Positions 46,577-55,900 of a DNA stretch of 64,000 nt are shown here, in pieces. Source of the stretch: Candidatus Iainarchaeum sp. GTDB taxonomy: Archaea; Micrarchaeota; Micrarchaeia; Burarchaeales; Fermentimicrarchaeaceae. The stretch's first letter is position 1; each line of letters begins with the position of its first letter. The translations under genes were made by a program, and so were the position numbers. The stretch lies in the NCBI GenBank assembly GCA_028714235.1, contig JAQTMQ010000002.1, positions 8,154 to 72,153 of the forward strand, read 5' to 3'. Under the pieces are notes generated by a model. That model worked only from the letters and a program-made list of their open reading frames with translations. It made no database searches and was not told where the DNA came from.

Positions 46577-47572
46577 TTGAGCGCGGTTTCCGGTTTCCTC
46601 GCGGAGAACAGGGGCAGGCGCGTCCTGGTAGTCACGCACTCGCAGGCGGACATGGACGCCGCCGCGTCCGCGCTCGCCCTCGCAAGCTTCTTTCCCTCCG
46701 GCGCCGCCTGCGTGCCGGACAGCCTGAGCTCTCCGGGCAGGCGCGTCGCGGCGCGCTTCGGCGGCGAGGTGGGGAAGTGGAAGGACGTCAAGGCGCGCGT
46801 TTCCCCTGAAGCCGTAATAATCGTTGACACGAACTCGCTTGCGATGCTTCCGGGAATGGAAGACTTCGTCTCGGGCTTCGGGGGCGGGGTTTGCGTCATA
46901 GACCACCACACCCTGCGCTCCGATTCGGTGAAGCCGGCCGCCTCCCTCATAGACGAAAGCGCTTCCTCGGCCTGCGAAATCGTTTACGAGCTCTTCAGGG
47001 AGCTGAACTACCCTATTTCAAGCAGGGTTTCCGAGCTCCTGCTTTCCGGAATCGTTTCCGATTCGTCCGACCTGAGGGGCGCGACCACGCGCACGATAGA
47101 AATCGTCGCATACCTGCTCAAGCGCACGCGCACGCCAATCGCCGAAATCTACGACCTCGCGGAAGGCGTGCCGTCCCGAGCAGAGCGCGCGTCGGTCCTG
47201 GAATCCCTCGCGCAGGCGAGAATCGTGGAAGCGGGCGGCTTCATCATCGCGACCTCGCAGGCCCGGTCTTTCGAGGGCGTTGCCGCGGACAAGCTCGTTT
47301 CCGTGGGCGCGGACTACGCTTTCGTGGCCCAGAAAACCCGGAACGAGGCGAGGATTTCCGCGCGCTGCCGGGCTTCCCTTTGCGCCGGCGCGGGAGCGGA
47401 CGTTTCCTCAATCATGGCCGAGGTCGGCAGGCTCATCGGCGGGAGCGGCGGAGGCCACCCGGCCGCCGCTGGGGCGGACGGCCCGGAGGTCGGCAAGCTC
47501 GAGGAGGCGCTCGGCCTTGCGGCCGCGCTCGCGCAAAAGCAGGTTTCGCGCGCGAAGGGTGGAAGGGGATGA
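46577..47572 (+). CDS. DHH-family phosphoesterase (nanoRNase/RecJ-like core)
   Basis: Motif I HSQADMDAAASALA, motif II IIVDTN and motif III VCVIDHHT, plus a DHHA1-like C-terminus with GGGH. Confidence 0.7.
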   Translation: MSAVSGFLAENRGRRVLVVTHSQADMDAAASALALASFFPSGAACVPDSLSSPGRRVAARFGGEVGKWKDVKARVSPEAVIIVDTNSLAMLPGMEDFVSGFGGGVCVIDHHTLRSDSVKPAASLIDESASSACEIVYELFRELNYPISSRVSELLLSGIVSDSSDLRGATTRTIEIVAYLLKRTRTPIAEIYDLAEGVPSRAERASVLESLAQARIVEAGGFIIATSQARSFEGVAADKLVSVGADYAFVAQKTRNEARISARCRASLCAGAGADVSSIMAEVGRLIGGSGGGHPAAAGADGPEVGKLEEALGLAAALAQKQVSRAKGGRG

Positions 47573-47879
47573 GGAGGGGGAGGTTTTCGCGAGGATTTCG
47601 CGCCTGACCCCGTTCCAAATCAAGGTTCTCCAGGCGGCAGAAAAAATCCCGGCGGGCGAAACGAGGACCTACAGGCAGGTGGCGGCGGAAGCCGGCCACC
47701 CGCGCGCGTTCCGCGCCGTCGGAACCGCGTTGGGGAAAAACCCCGTCCCCGGATTCATCCCCTGCCACCGCGTCGTGAGAAGCGACGGGAGCGCCGGCGG
47801 CTATTCGGGCAAGGGCGGGAAAAAGGGGAAGATGAGGCTTCTTCTTTCGGAAGGCGCGAAAATCGGGCGGGAAAAATGA
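47559..47879 (+). CDS. ogt: short methylated-DNA-protein-cysteine methyltransferase (MGMT C-terminal domain only)
   Basis: RLTPFQIKVLQAAEKIPAGETRTYRQVA...IPCHRVVRSDGSAGGYSG includes the PCHRV active site. The GTG start overlaps the DHH stop. Confidence 0.6.
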   Translation: MEGDEEGEVFARISRLTPFQIKVLQAAEKIPAGETRTYRQVAAEAGHPRAFRAVGTALGKNPVPGFIPCHRVVRSDGSAGGYSGKGGKKGKMRLLLSEGAKIGREK

Positions 47880-47891
47880 GCCGCTTTTCCT

Positions 47892-48353
47892 TCACTTCGC
47901 GGAAAGCATGATTACGGCCAGCACCGCGAGTATTATTCCGGCCCACGTCCTGACAGTAACCGTTTCCTTGAGGAAAACGATGGCGAGGAAGGCGGTCACC
48001 AGGGTCGCAAGGCTCATCAGCGGCACGGCGATGCTTATCACCGTGTCCTGATTCGCGTACACGAGGAGGGACGCGAGCACCGACGCCCCGATTGAAACCA
48101 GGACTATCGCCGCGAGCATCAAAGTGTCGCCCGTGTACTTCACGTCCCTGTACGTGAACGCGAAATAAACCAGCGAGGCGATTCCGACCACGCCGACGAC
48201 CGGGAGGAGCACGCGCCAGTCCCCGCCGTCCGCGAAAAACTTCTTGAACGCCACGCTGTACACGCCGATTGCAAGCATCACGACGAGCGACAGCGCGCGC
48301 CAATCCATGAGCGCCTTCAAGTCCATGGGAACGACCCCTGCCCCGGGCATCAC
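47892..48353 (-). CDS. small 4-TM membrane protein, EamA/DMT-like half-transporter
   Basis: 153 aa with four hydrophobic helices. Confidence 0.45.
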   Translation of the reverse strand: MMPGAGVVPMDLKALMDWRALSLVVMLAIGVYSVAFKKFFADGGDWRVLLPVVGVVGIASLVYFAFTYRDVKYTGDTLMLAAIVLVSIGASVLASLLVYANQDTVISIAVPLMSLATLVTAFLAIVFLKETVTVRTWAGIILAVLAVIMLSAK

Positions 48354-48488
48354 TTGGTTACGTAGTATATGAATACGATTACCAGCACCACTAGCACGGT
48401 CACCGTCGCAATCGCGGAAACCACTTCCGGGGTCATCGAGCAGTTATCTGCGCGTCCATATTTAACCCTACCCTCGAAAACTATCCTG

Positions 48489-49403
48489 ATGCTCGTACTC
48501 AAATACTCGGAGCCCACGCTCAAGGCGAGGCACGCGCGCGCGCGGATGGAAGGGGTGCTCGTCTCCAACGTCAAATCCGCCCTCGCAAGCGCCGGGGCGG
48601 AGGGCGCGCGCGTCTCCAAGGAGTCGGGCGTCCTCTTCGCGGAGGCGGAAGGCGGGGAAAGGCTGCTTCCCGTCCTCCGCAGGGTTTTCGGCGTGGACAA
48701 GGCTTTTTCCGCGCGCGAGGTCCCGCTTCGCGAGGAAGAGATTTTTTCCGAGTGCGTGAAGTCGGCCGCAGGCTTCCCGGAAGGCGCATCGTTCGCTGTG
48801 AGGGTGAGGCGCGCGTGGAAGCACCTGCGCCCGTCCCAGGAGCTCGCCGCCGCCTGCGGGAGCGCGATTTTTCTAGGCCACCCTGAAAAAAAGCTGCGCG
48901 TGGACCTCTCCTCGCCCGAGCGCGAGGTCTTCGTCGAGTTGCGGAAAGATGTCGCGCTCGTTTCCAGCGGCTCGCTCGACGGCCCGGGCGGCCTCCCTGC
49001 GGGAAGCGAGGGGAAGGCGGTCTGCGTAATCGATTCAAAAAGAAACCCCGTTCTTGCGGCGTGGATGATGGCGAAGCGGGGAATGCTGCCCGTCCTGCTT
49101 CTCCCAACCCGGTTCAAGGGCGCAAAAAGCGAAGCGGAAAAGCTCGCCGAATGGTTTCCGGGCATGAGGCTGGAAACGCATGAAACTGGCGCGTCGGGGC
49201 GCAGGGAGCTTCTTCTCGCGGCCTGCTCACTTGCAGGCGTTACCGGCGCCGCCGCAATCGTCACGGGCGACCTTTTCGGCGACGTCTCAAAAAATGGGGA
49301 GCTGCGCGCGCTTGACGAGGGCCTCCCGCTCCCCGTCTTCAGGCCGCTCGTCGGATTTGGCCGGGAGATGCTTGGAGCGTACCTGGAGCGGGCGGGGTTT
49401 TGA
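48489..49403 (+). CDS. ThiI-like THUMP-domain protein lacking the PP-loop
   Basis: It aligns to ThiI through ...EGKAVCVIDSKRNPVLAAWMMAKRG versus ThiI AVLLLSGGFDSPVAGYMMMRRG. The SGGxDS adenylation loop is replaced. Confidence 0.55.
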   Translation: MLVLKYSEPTLKARHARARMEGVLVSNVKSALASAGAEGARVSKESGVLFAEAEGGERLLPVLRRVFGVDKAFSAREVPLREEEIFSECVKSAAGFPEGASFAVRVRRAWKHLRPSQELAAACGSAIFLGHPEKKLRVDLSSPEREVFVELRKDVALVSSGSLDGPGGLPAGSEGKAVCVIDSKRNPVLAAWMMAKRGMLPVLLLPTRFKGAKSEAEKLAEWFPGMRLETHETGASGRRELLLAACSLAGVTGAAAIVTGDLFGDVSKNGELRALDEGLPLPVFRPLVGFGREMLGAYLERAGF

Positions 49404-49468
49404 TTCCGGCCGCAGGATGGCTACCGTCCCATTTATGAGTTTCAGCCCGCAAAAATTTTGCGGTCCCA

Positions 49469-50671
49469 ATGAAACTCGCAATCCTTTCCGACTTCCATCT
49501 CGGCTACGAGCGCTTCGAGGATGACGCCTTCAGCCAGGCCATGAAGGCGATGACCCTCGCGACCGCGGAAGCCGACGCGCTGCTGCTTCCCGGCGACCTC
49601 TTCGACTCGAAGACGCCGAGGCCGGAATCCGTCGCGCAGGCGCTTGAAATATTCCGGATCCCCTTCGGGAAGAAATGGGGGGCGCGCGTCTCCTCCTTTT
49701 CGGCGCGGGACGGAAGGCAGAACTACTGCCCGCTTCCGGTCGTCGCAATCCCGGGCACGCACGAGGCGCGCCACAAGTCGCTCGTCAACCCGGTCCAGGT
49801 CCTCGAGAAAAGCGGGTTCCTCGTGAACGCGCAGTCGGCTTGCGTCTCAATCGAGTGCGGCTCCGAGAAGCTCGCGGTTTGCGGGATGGGCGGCGTGCCC
49901 GAAAGCCATGCGCGCGCCGCGGTCGAGGCGCTTTCGCCCCAGCCGGTTGCCGGCGCGTTCAACGTCTTCATGTTCCACCAGAGCCTGCAGGAGCTCCTCC
50001 CGGTCAAGGACGACCACCTGTCCGTGGACGACCTGCCCCGTGGCTTCGACCTCTACGTTTGCGGCCACATGCACAGGCGCGTCGCGGAACGCTTCGGGGA
50101 AAAGATGCTCGTAATCCCGGGCTCGACAGTCATAACCCAGCTCCGCAGGGATGACGGCGAAGGGAAGGGCTTCTACATTTTCGGCACCGGAAGCGGGAAG
50201 CTCGAGTTCCGCGAAATCGGGAGCAGGCCGTTCTTTTTCGAGGAGGTGGAGCTGAACGAGGCAGGGGCAAGCGAGGCGGTGGAGGCGGTCAGGTCCGCCG
50301 TTTCCAGGGCGATAGGCTCCTCTCCGGGCAGCCCGGTAATCCGGGTCAAGGTTTCAGGGACGGTTAAGAAGGGGCTGATGCCTTCCTCAATCCAGTTCCA
50401 GCCCGTAATCCGCGAGTTCTCCGGCCGCGCTTTCGTCGCGATAGACAAGTCCCTGAATTCGGCCGGGCTTGAGGAGAAAGTCGCGGAGCTGCGCGCGCTC
50501 AGGGAGAAAGGCGCGTCGGTGAGGGAGCTCGGCCTCGACCTCCTGAGGGCGAAGCTCGCCGAAAAAAACCTTTCGCGCGAGGTGGACGTGGGCCACCTTT
50601 TCGAAATCCTGTCGAGCACGAAAAAGGACGCCCCGGAAAAGGCGGTTGACGCGCTCCTCGGCCGCGCGTAG
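49469..50671 (+). CDS. Mre11/SbcD-like calcineurin-fold phosphoesterase
   Basis: Motifs DFHLG, GDLFD, GTHEA and GHMH in the Mre11 order. No Rad50/HerA/NurA partner is in the window. Confidence 0.6.
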   Translation: MKLAILSDFHLGYERFEDDAFSQAMKAMTLATAEADALLLPGDLFDSKTPRPESVAQALEIFRIPFGKKWGARVSSFSARDGRQNYCPLPVVAIPGTHEARHKSLVNPVQVLEKSGFLVNAQSACVSIECGSEKLAVCGMGGVPESHARAAVEALSPQPVAGAFNVFMFHQSLQELLPVKDDHLSVDDLPRGFDLYVCGHMHRRVAERFGEKMLVIPGSTVITQLRRDDGEGKGFYIFGTGSGKLEFREIGSRPFFFEEVELNEAGASEAVEAVRSAVSRAIGSSPGSPVIRVKVSGTVKKGLMPSSIQFQPVIREFSGRAFVAIDKSLNSAGLEEKVAELRALREKGASVRELGLDLLRAKLAEKNLSREVDVGHLFEILSSTKKDAPEKAVDALLGRA

Positions 50672-50686
50672 CCCGCGTTCCGGCTT

Positions 50687-52060
50687 CTAGGCTTTCTTGG
50701 TGAAGCGCGAATATTCCACGAGCTTTGCAAGCGAGCGGGCGGCCGAAGTCGGGGAGGAGAATGAGGGGACGCCCGAGCTTTCGAGCGCGCGCCTCTGCAT
50801 TTCCGAGTACTCGCCTCCAAGCGTTATGTTGATGACCGGCTTCCTCTTCCGCGCGGAGGCGTTGATGATTACGTCCACCACGCGCGAGTCGAGGCTCGCG
50901 GTCTGGAAGAGCGTGATGACGGCGAGGGCGTCCACGCCGGGGTCGGAGCTCGCGATGCGGATGGCGTCAGAAAACCTGCTTGCGTCCGCGTCGCCGACCA
51001 GGTCAAGCGGGTTCTCGTCCTTCACGAGCTCGGGCATGCACGCGCGCAGCGCCTTCCGCGTCTCGCGCGAGAATTCGGCGAGCTTGAGCCCCTCGCCTTC
51101 AAGCGCGTCGGCGGCGAGCACGCCCATTCCCCCTCCGTTGGTGACTACCGCTACGCGGTCGCCCGCGCATTTCGGCTGCGTGGTGAAAATTTTCGCGTAA
51201 TCGAACATGTCGTCAAGCGACTTCGCCTCAATCAAATGGTTTTGCCTGAAGACCGCGCGGTACGCGGCGTCGCTTCCGGCAAGGGAAGCCGTGTGCGAGA
51301 GCGCGGCGGCAATCCCTTTTTCGGTGACTCCGGCCTTCAGGACGACGAGCGGCTTTTTTTTCGCGAGGCGCTTGGTCAAATCGTAGAACTCCCTTCCCCG
51401 CTTCACCCCCTCGATGTAGAGAACGATGATGTTCGTTTCCCTGTCGTTCATGAGGTAGCGGAGGAGGTCGGTTTCGTCAATCGCCGCGGCATTCCCGTAT
51501 GAAACGAACTTGCTTATCCCGAACCCCTCCCGGGCGACCACGTCGAGCACCATGCTTCCGACCGCGCCGCTTTGCGTGACGAACGCGATTCCGCCCTGCG
51601 TCGGCCGCCCCATCTTGTACGTGGGAAGGAAAATGGAGTCCATCTTGGCCGCGGGGTTGACGACTCCGAGGCAGTTCGGGCCTATGAGCGCAATCCCGTG
51701 CCTCCGCGAAATCCGGACGAGCCCGTTCTCCAGCGCCTCCTCGCCCGCCTCGCTGAACCCCCCGCTAATCACTATCGCGCCCTTCACGCCCTTCCGCCCG
51801 CATTCGGCGAGCGCCTTGGGCACGAGCCCGGCGCGGATGGCAATCACCGCGCATTCCACCTTCCCCGGGATGGCGAGCACGCTCTTGAAGCACTTGAGGC
51901 CGTGCACCTCGTCGGCCGAGGGGTTCACCGGGTAAACCGGGCCGGGAAAGTTCGAGTCCACGAGGTTTTTCACGAGCACGTTCCCGATTTTGCCCGGCTC
52001 GCGGGACGCGCCGATGACGGCAATGCTCTTGGGCTCGAACACGGGCTTCAGGCTTTGCAT
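50687..52060 (-). CDS. acetyl-CoA synthetase (ADP-forming) alpha subunit
   Basis: CoA-binding SIAVIGASREPGKIGN, ligase-CoA GIAFVTQSGAVGS and a flavodoxin-like domain. Start taken at MQSLKPVFEP (ATG ~52060). Confidence 0.8.
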   Translation of the reverse strand: MQSLKPVFEPKSIAVIGASREPGKIGNVLVKNLVDSNFPGPVYPVNPSADEVHGLKCFKSVLAIPGKVECAVIAIRAGLVPKALAECGRKGVKGAIVISGGFSEAGEEALENGLVRISRRHGIALIGPNCLGVVNPAAKMDSIFLPTYKMGRPTQGGIAFVTQSGAVGSMVLDVVAREGFGISKFVSYGNAAAIDETDLLRYLMNDRETNIIVLYIEGVKRGREFYDLTKRLAKKKPLVVLKAGVTEKGIAAALSHTASLAGSDAAYRAVFRQNHLIEAKSLDDMFDYAKIFTTQPKCAGDRVAVVTNGGGMGVLAADALEGEGLKLAEFSRETRKALRACMPELVKDENPLDLVGDADASRFSDAIRIASSDPGVDALAVITLFQTASLDSRVVDVIINASARKRKPVINITLGGEYSEMQRRALESSGVPSFSSPTSAARSLAKLVEYSRFTKKA

Positions 52061-52710
52061 GCCACCACCCTCACGTCCACCGCGAGGTAGCCCGAGCTGT
52101 CCGCAATCACCGGGTTCAAGTCGAACTCGCAAATCTCCGGGTGCTCGTAAAGCATGCGCGAAACGCTTGCGAGGAGCATTGCGAGCTTGCCCGTGTCAAC
52201 CGGCACCGTTCCCCGCGCGCCGTGCAGCAGGGGCGAGCCCCTGATTTCGTCAATCATTTCGTGCGCTTCCGCCTTCGTCACCGGGCACACGCGGATGCTG
52301 ACGTCCTTCAGGATTTCAACGAATATCCCGCCGAGCCCGAACATTACCAGGGGGCCGAACTGCGGGTCCTTCCTTCCGCCCACGATGAGCTCGATTCCCT
52401 GCTTCACCATCTTCTGGACGAGCATGCCCTGCACGCGCGCTCTCCCCGCGTTGCGCATTATCTGCCCGTACGCGGTGCGCAGCTCGCGCTCGTCCATCAG
52501 GTTGATTTTCACGCAGCCGCGGTCCGTCTTGTGCGATATCTCGCCCGACACGATTTTGAGGACCACGGGGTACCCGATTCTTTTCGCGGCCGCGGCGGCC
52601 TCGTTCTCGCTTTTCGCGACGGCCTCCTCGACGACCGAGACGCCGTACCTCTCCAGTAGCCGCGAGATGCCCGGGCGCGACAAGTCGGTTGCCAAGGCAT
52701 CACTTCCCAA
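52048..52710 (-). CDS. acetyl-CoA synthetase (ADP-forming) beta subunit (ATP-grasp)
   Basis: ATP-grasp pattern (GYPVVLKIVSGEISHKTDRGCVKINL...). It lies upstream of the alpha gene and overlaps it by ~13 nt. Confidence 0.75.
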   Translation of the reverse strand: MGSDALATDLSRPGISRLLERYGVSVVEEAVAKSENEAAAAAKRIGYPVVLKIVSGEISHKTDRGCVKINLMDERELRTAYGQIMRNAGRARVQGMLVQKMVKQGIELIVGGRKDPQFGPLVMFGLGGIFVEILKDVSIRVCPVTKAEAHEMIDEIRGSPLLHGARGTVPVDTGKLAMLLASVSRMLYEHPEICEFDLNPVIADSSGYLAVDVRVVACKA

Positions 52711-53401
52711 AGAAGAACAAGAAGTATGCCACGCCGGCGATTATGAGGACGCCGGCCCCGATCGCGGCGTACTTGAGCGCGCGCCAAAAGTAATACTCGC
52801 CTTTCGCCTTCATCATCGCCTGCCTGTCGAGCCTGAATGGCTTGGCGGGGGCGGCCGCGGCGGTGGCGGGCGGGGCGTCGGCAGCGGGCTTGTCCCCGAC
52901 GAGCTCCTCGGCCTCCTTGCCCGCTTCCTCGACCTGCTCCTCGGTGCCGAGGGGGTCCAGGTTCCCCTTCTTGTACCCCTCTTCGGTGAGGGAAAGCTCA
53001 ATCCTCCCGTTCCGGATGACCGCGCTCGCGTAATCCTGCATGACCACCCGGTGGATGTGGAACGCGACGTCGCTTCCCCGGACGTTCAGCTTGTCCTCGA
53101 GGTGCCTCGGGTCCTTGTACCCGTTGGCTATGCTCCTCAGGATGGCCTCGTCAAGGGCGTCGAGGTCCTGCGCGCCCTTCTCGTTCGCGAGCTTCAGGAC
53201 GGACTTCCCCTTCTCGGTGATGGTCACGGCCGTCGCGCTCAGGCTGGGCGCAAGCTCGACGTAGCCCTTAAGCTTGAGCGTGCCCGCGATGTTTGCGGCG
53301 TCAAAAAACGAGGAGTTGATTTTCGGCCCCAGGTTGTCAACGGTCGTGTTCTCGTCTATCTGGCCGAGCACCGCGAGGTCGGCGTACGTAAGTTCGTCCA
53401 C
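52700..53401 (-). CDS. hypothetical protein with Ala/Pro linker and C-terminal TM anchor
   Basis: 233 aa. C-terminal YAAIGAGVLIIAGVAYFLFFF. Confidence 0.45.
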   Translation of the reverse strand: MDELTYADLAVLGQIDENTTVDNLGPKINSSFFDAANIAGTLKLKGYVELAPSLSATAVTITEKGKSVLKLANEKGAQDLDALDEAILRSIANGYKDPRHLEDKLNVRGSDVAFHIHRVVMQDYASAVIRNGRIELSLTEEGYKKGNLDPLGTEEQVEEAGKEAEELVGDKPAADAPPATAAAAPAKPFRLDRQAMMKAKGEYYFWRALKYAAIGAGVLIIAGVAYFLFFFGK

Positions 53402-53423
53402 TACAAAACTTTTTATTCTGTCA

Positions 53424-53431
53424 TTTAAAAA
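53424..53431 (+). promoter_or_regulatory. TATA box (TTTAAAAA) for the leaderless beta-CASP gene
   Basis: Centred ~18 nt upstream of ATG 53445. Confidence 0.5.
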
Positions 53432-53444
53432 CCTTTACGATTCT

Positions 53445-54686
53445 ATGAAACTGCGATTTTTGGGCGCCGCACGCGAAGTGGGGCGCTCGGGCGTCCTGCT
53501 GGACGCCGGCAAGAGGATATTGTTCGATTACGGGATGAAGGTCGGCGAGAAAAACGAGTTCCCGCTCCAGGCGCCGTCCGGCATCGACGCCGTCGTGCTA
53601 TCGCACGCGCACCTGGACCACACGGGCTCGTCGCCCGCGCTCTACGAGAAGGCGAACCCGCCGTGCTTCCTCACCCCCCCGACCGCGGACCTCGCGTCCC
53701 TGCTCCTGAAGGACTCGCTCAAGGTCTGCCGCCTGAAAGGCGAGCGCGCCCCCTTCTCGCAGTTCCACCTCAAGAAGATGGAGCGCGCCGTCATCCCGCT
53801 CGGGTACGGCAGGCAGTTCCCGCTTTCCAGGGACTCCTCGCTCACGTTCTTCGACGCGGGCCACGTGCCCGGCTCGGCAATCGCGCAGGTTTACTCGCAG
53901 CACAAGCGCATCGTTTACACCGGCGACTTCAAGATGGAGGCGACGAGGATGCACAGGGGCGCGGAGCCGGTGGAGAACTGCGACGTCCTCGTCATAGAGT
54001 CCACTTACGAGGACCACGACCACCCCGACCGCCCGAAGCTCGAGAAGAGGATTGCGGAGGAGGCGAGGGAAACCATGGACGGGGGCGGCTCGGTGCTTTT
54101 CCCCGCTTTCGCGGTGGGGCGCAGCCAGGAGCTCCTCATGCTGGTTGACGACCTGCTTCCCGGCGCGCAGGCGTACATTGACGGCATGTCCAAGACCGCG
54201 ACCGAAATCGCGGCGGCCCACCCGCAGTACCTCCGCAACGCGAAGGCCCTGCGCAAGGCGATGAGGGACGCGGAATGGGTGGAGACCGACGGCCAGAGGA
54301 GGAAGGCCGCGGAGGAGCCGAGCGTAATCATCTCGAGCGCGGGCATGCTCGAGGGCGGCCCCGCGCTCACGTACCTCCTTAAGCTGAACGAGCGCTCCAA
54401 AATCATCCTGACCGGCTACCAGGTGGAGGGCACGAACGCGCGCAGCCTCCTCGAGAAGAAGCGCGTGGTCATAGACAACTCCCAGTACGAGGTGACGATT
54501 CCCACCGAATACCTGGACATGAGCGCGCACGCGGGAAGGAGCGACCTCCTCGCTTTCGTGAAGCGCGCGAACCCGGAAAAGGTCTTCTGCATCCACGGCG
54601 ACAAGTGCGAGGAGTTCGCGGAAGCCCTGCGCGGGATGGGCTTTGACGCGAAGGCGCCCAGGCTCGGCGACTCGTTCGAGCTGTGA
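53445..54686 (+). CDS. beta-CASP metallo-beta-lactamase ribonuclease (aCPSF2/RNase J-like)
   Basis: It has the HAHLDHTG motif, the TGDF region, then beta-CASP motifs through ...HAGRSDLLAFVKRANPEKVFCIHGD. Confidence 0.8.
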   Translation: MKLRFLGAAREVGRSGVLLDAGKRILFDYGMKVGEKNEFPLQAPSGIDAVVLSHAHLDHTGSSPALYEKANPPCFLTPPTADLASLLLKDSLKVCRLKGERAPFSQFHLKKMERAVIPLGYGRQFPLSRDSSLTFFDAGHVPGSAIAQVYSQHKRIVYTGDFKMEATRMHRGAEPVENCDVLVIESTYEDHDHPDRPKLEKRIAEEARETMDGGGSVLFPAFAVGRSQELLMLVDDLLPGAQAYIDGMSKTATEIAAAHPQYLRNAKALRKAMRDAEWVETDGQRRKAAEEPSVIISSAGMLEGGPALTYLLKLNERSKIILTGYQVEGTNARSLLEKKRVVIDNSQYEVTIPTEYLDMSAHAGRSDLLAFVKRANPEKVFCIHGDKCEEFAEALRGMGFDAKAPRLGDSFEL

Positions 54687-54713
54687 GGCGGAAGGCGCGG
54701 GCGGGCACGGTGT

Positions 54714-55895
54714 TTGGCTTTGAAAATCTGCATGCTTGACCCGCTTTTCTTCCCCTACTTCGGCGGAACGGAGAAGGTGGTCCTCGAAGTCGGCAGCCGG
54801 CTCGCCAAAAACCACGGCCACGAGGTCGAAGTCCTGACCTCCATGATTCCGCAGGCGAAAGGCGTCGCGCGCGAGGAAATCAAGGGCATGCGGGTGCACC
54901 GCACCCCCTCCCTCTACTTCGGCAAGCTCCCGCTCCCGTTCCTGCCGCCCCCGTTCACCGTCTCCCCCCTCCTCAACCTCGACCTCCTCTCCGCCCACAA
55001 CGGCGCGGACGTCTACCACCTGCACAACCGCTTCTGGTATTACTGGGGCACGCTCGCCTCGGTGAAGCTCCTCCTCCGCAAGAAGCTGATGCTCACCATC
55101 CACAACGCGCGCCCCAAGGGAATCGCGCCGGACGTGGACTTCTGGGGCGGGCTCTGGGACGACACGCTCGGCCTCGCCACGTTTTCGGCGTGCGACCGCA
55201 TCAACTGCGTGAGCAGGGCGACGCTTGACGCGACCATCCCCGCGCGCATGCACGGCAAATGCGCGGTCGTCTACAACGGCGTGGACACGAAGGCCTTCTC
55301 GCCCGAAAGGGGCGCGGGAAACGTGAGAAAAAAATTCGGCATCCCGGAAAACGCGCCCCTCATCCTCTCGAACGCGCGCCTCGTCACCCAGAAGGGCTTC
55401 GGCTACCTGCTCGAGGCCTTCGCGGAATTGAGGAAGGAGAAGGCGGCGAGGGACGCGCGCCTCCTCGTAATCGGGAAGGGCCCGCTGAAGGAAGAGCTTC
55501 TCGCGAAGGCGCGCGCCCTCGGCGTGGCGGACTCCTTCCAAATCACGACCGGGATTCCGGAGGAAGAGCTTTCCCTCTACTACAACGCAGCCGACGTCTT
55601 CGCCCTCGCGTCGCTTTACGAGCCGAGCGCGGTCGTCCTGTACGAGGCGCTCGCGTGCGGCAAGCCAATCGTCGCCACGGACGCCGGGGGCAACCCGGAA
55701 ATCGTTTCCGCGGACTGCGGCTTCATCGTCCCGGCCCGCGACCCCGCGGCGCTTAAGGAAAAGCTTTTCCTCGTCCTCTCCGAGGACGCGCTAAGGAGGA
55801 AACTGTCTTCCGCGTCAAGGAGGCGCGCGCAGGAAAAATTCGACTGGGACATAATAGCGAGGGAGTGGGACAAGTCGTACAAGGCGCTCTTCTGA
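54714..55895 (+). CDS. GT4-family glycosyltransferase
   Basis: LKICMLDPLFFPYFGGTEKVV... and a C-terminal EPSAVVLYEALACGKPIVATDAGGNPE motif. Confidence 0.8.
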   Translation: MALKICMLDPLFFPYFGGTEKVVLEVGSRLAKNHGHEVEVLTSMIPQAKGVAREEIKGMRVHRTPSLYFGKLPLPFLPPPFTVSPLLNLDLLSAHNGADVYHLHNRFWYYWGTLASVKLLLRKKLMLTIHNARPKGIAPDVDFWGGLWDDTLGLATFSACDRINCVSRATLDATIPARMHGKCAVVYNGVDTKAFSPERGAGNVRKKFGIPENAPLILSNARLVTQKGFGYLLEAFAELRKEKAARDARLLVIGKGPLKEELLAKARALGVADSFQITTGIPEEELSLYYNAADVFALASLYEPSAVVLYEALACGKPIVATDAGGNPEIVSADCGFIVPARDPAALKEKLFLVLSEDALRRKLSSASRRRAQEKFDWDIIAREWDKSYKALF

Positions 55896-55900
55896 CGCGT

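Noticed and set aside
53598-55541. 647-aa minus-strand ORF
   Set aside because: Antisense to the beta-CASP and GT4 genes.
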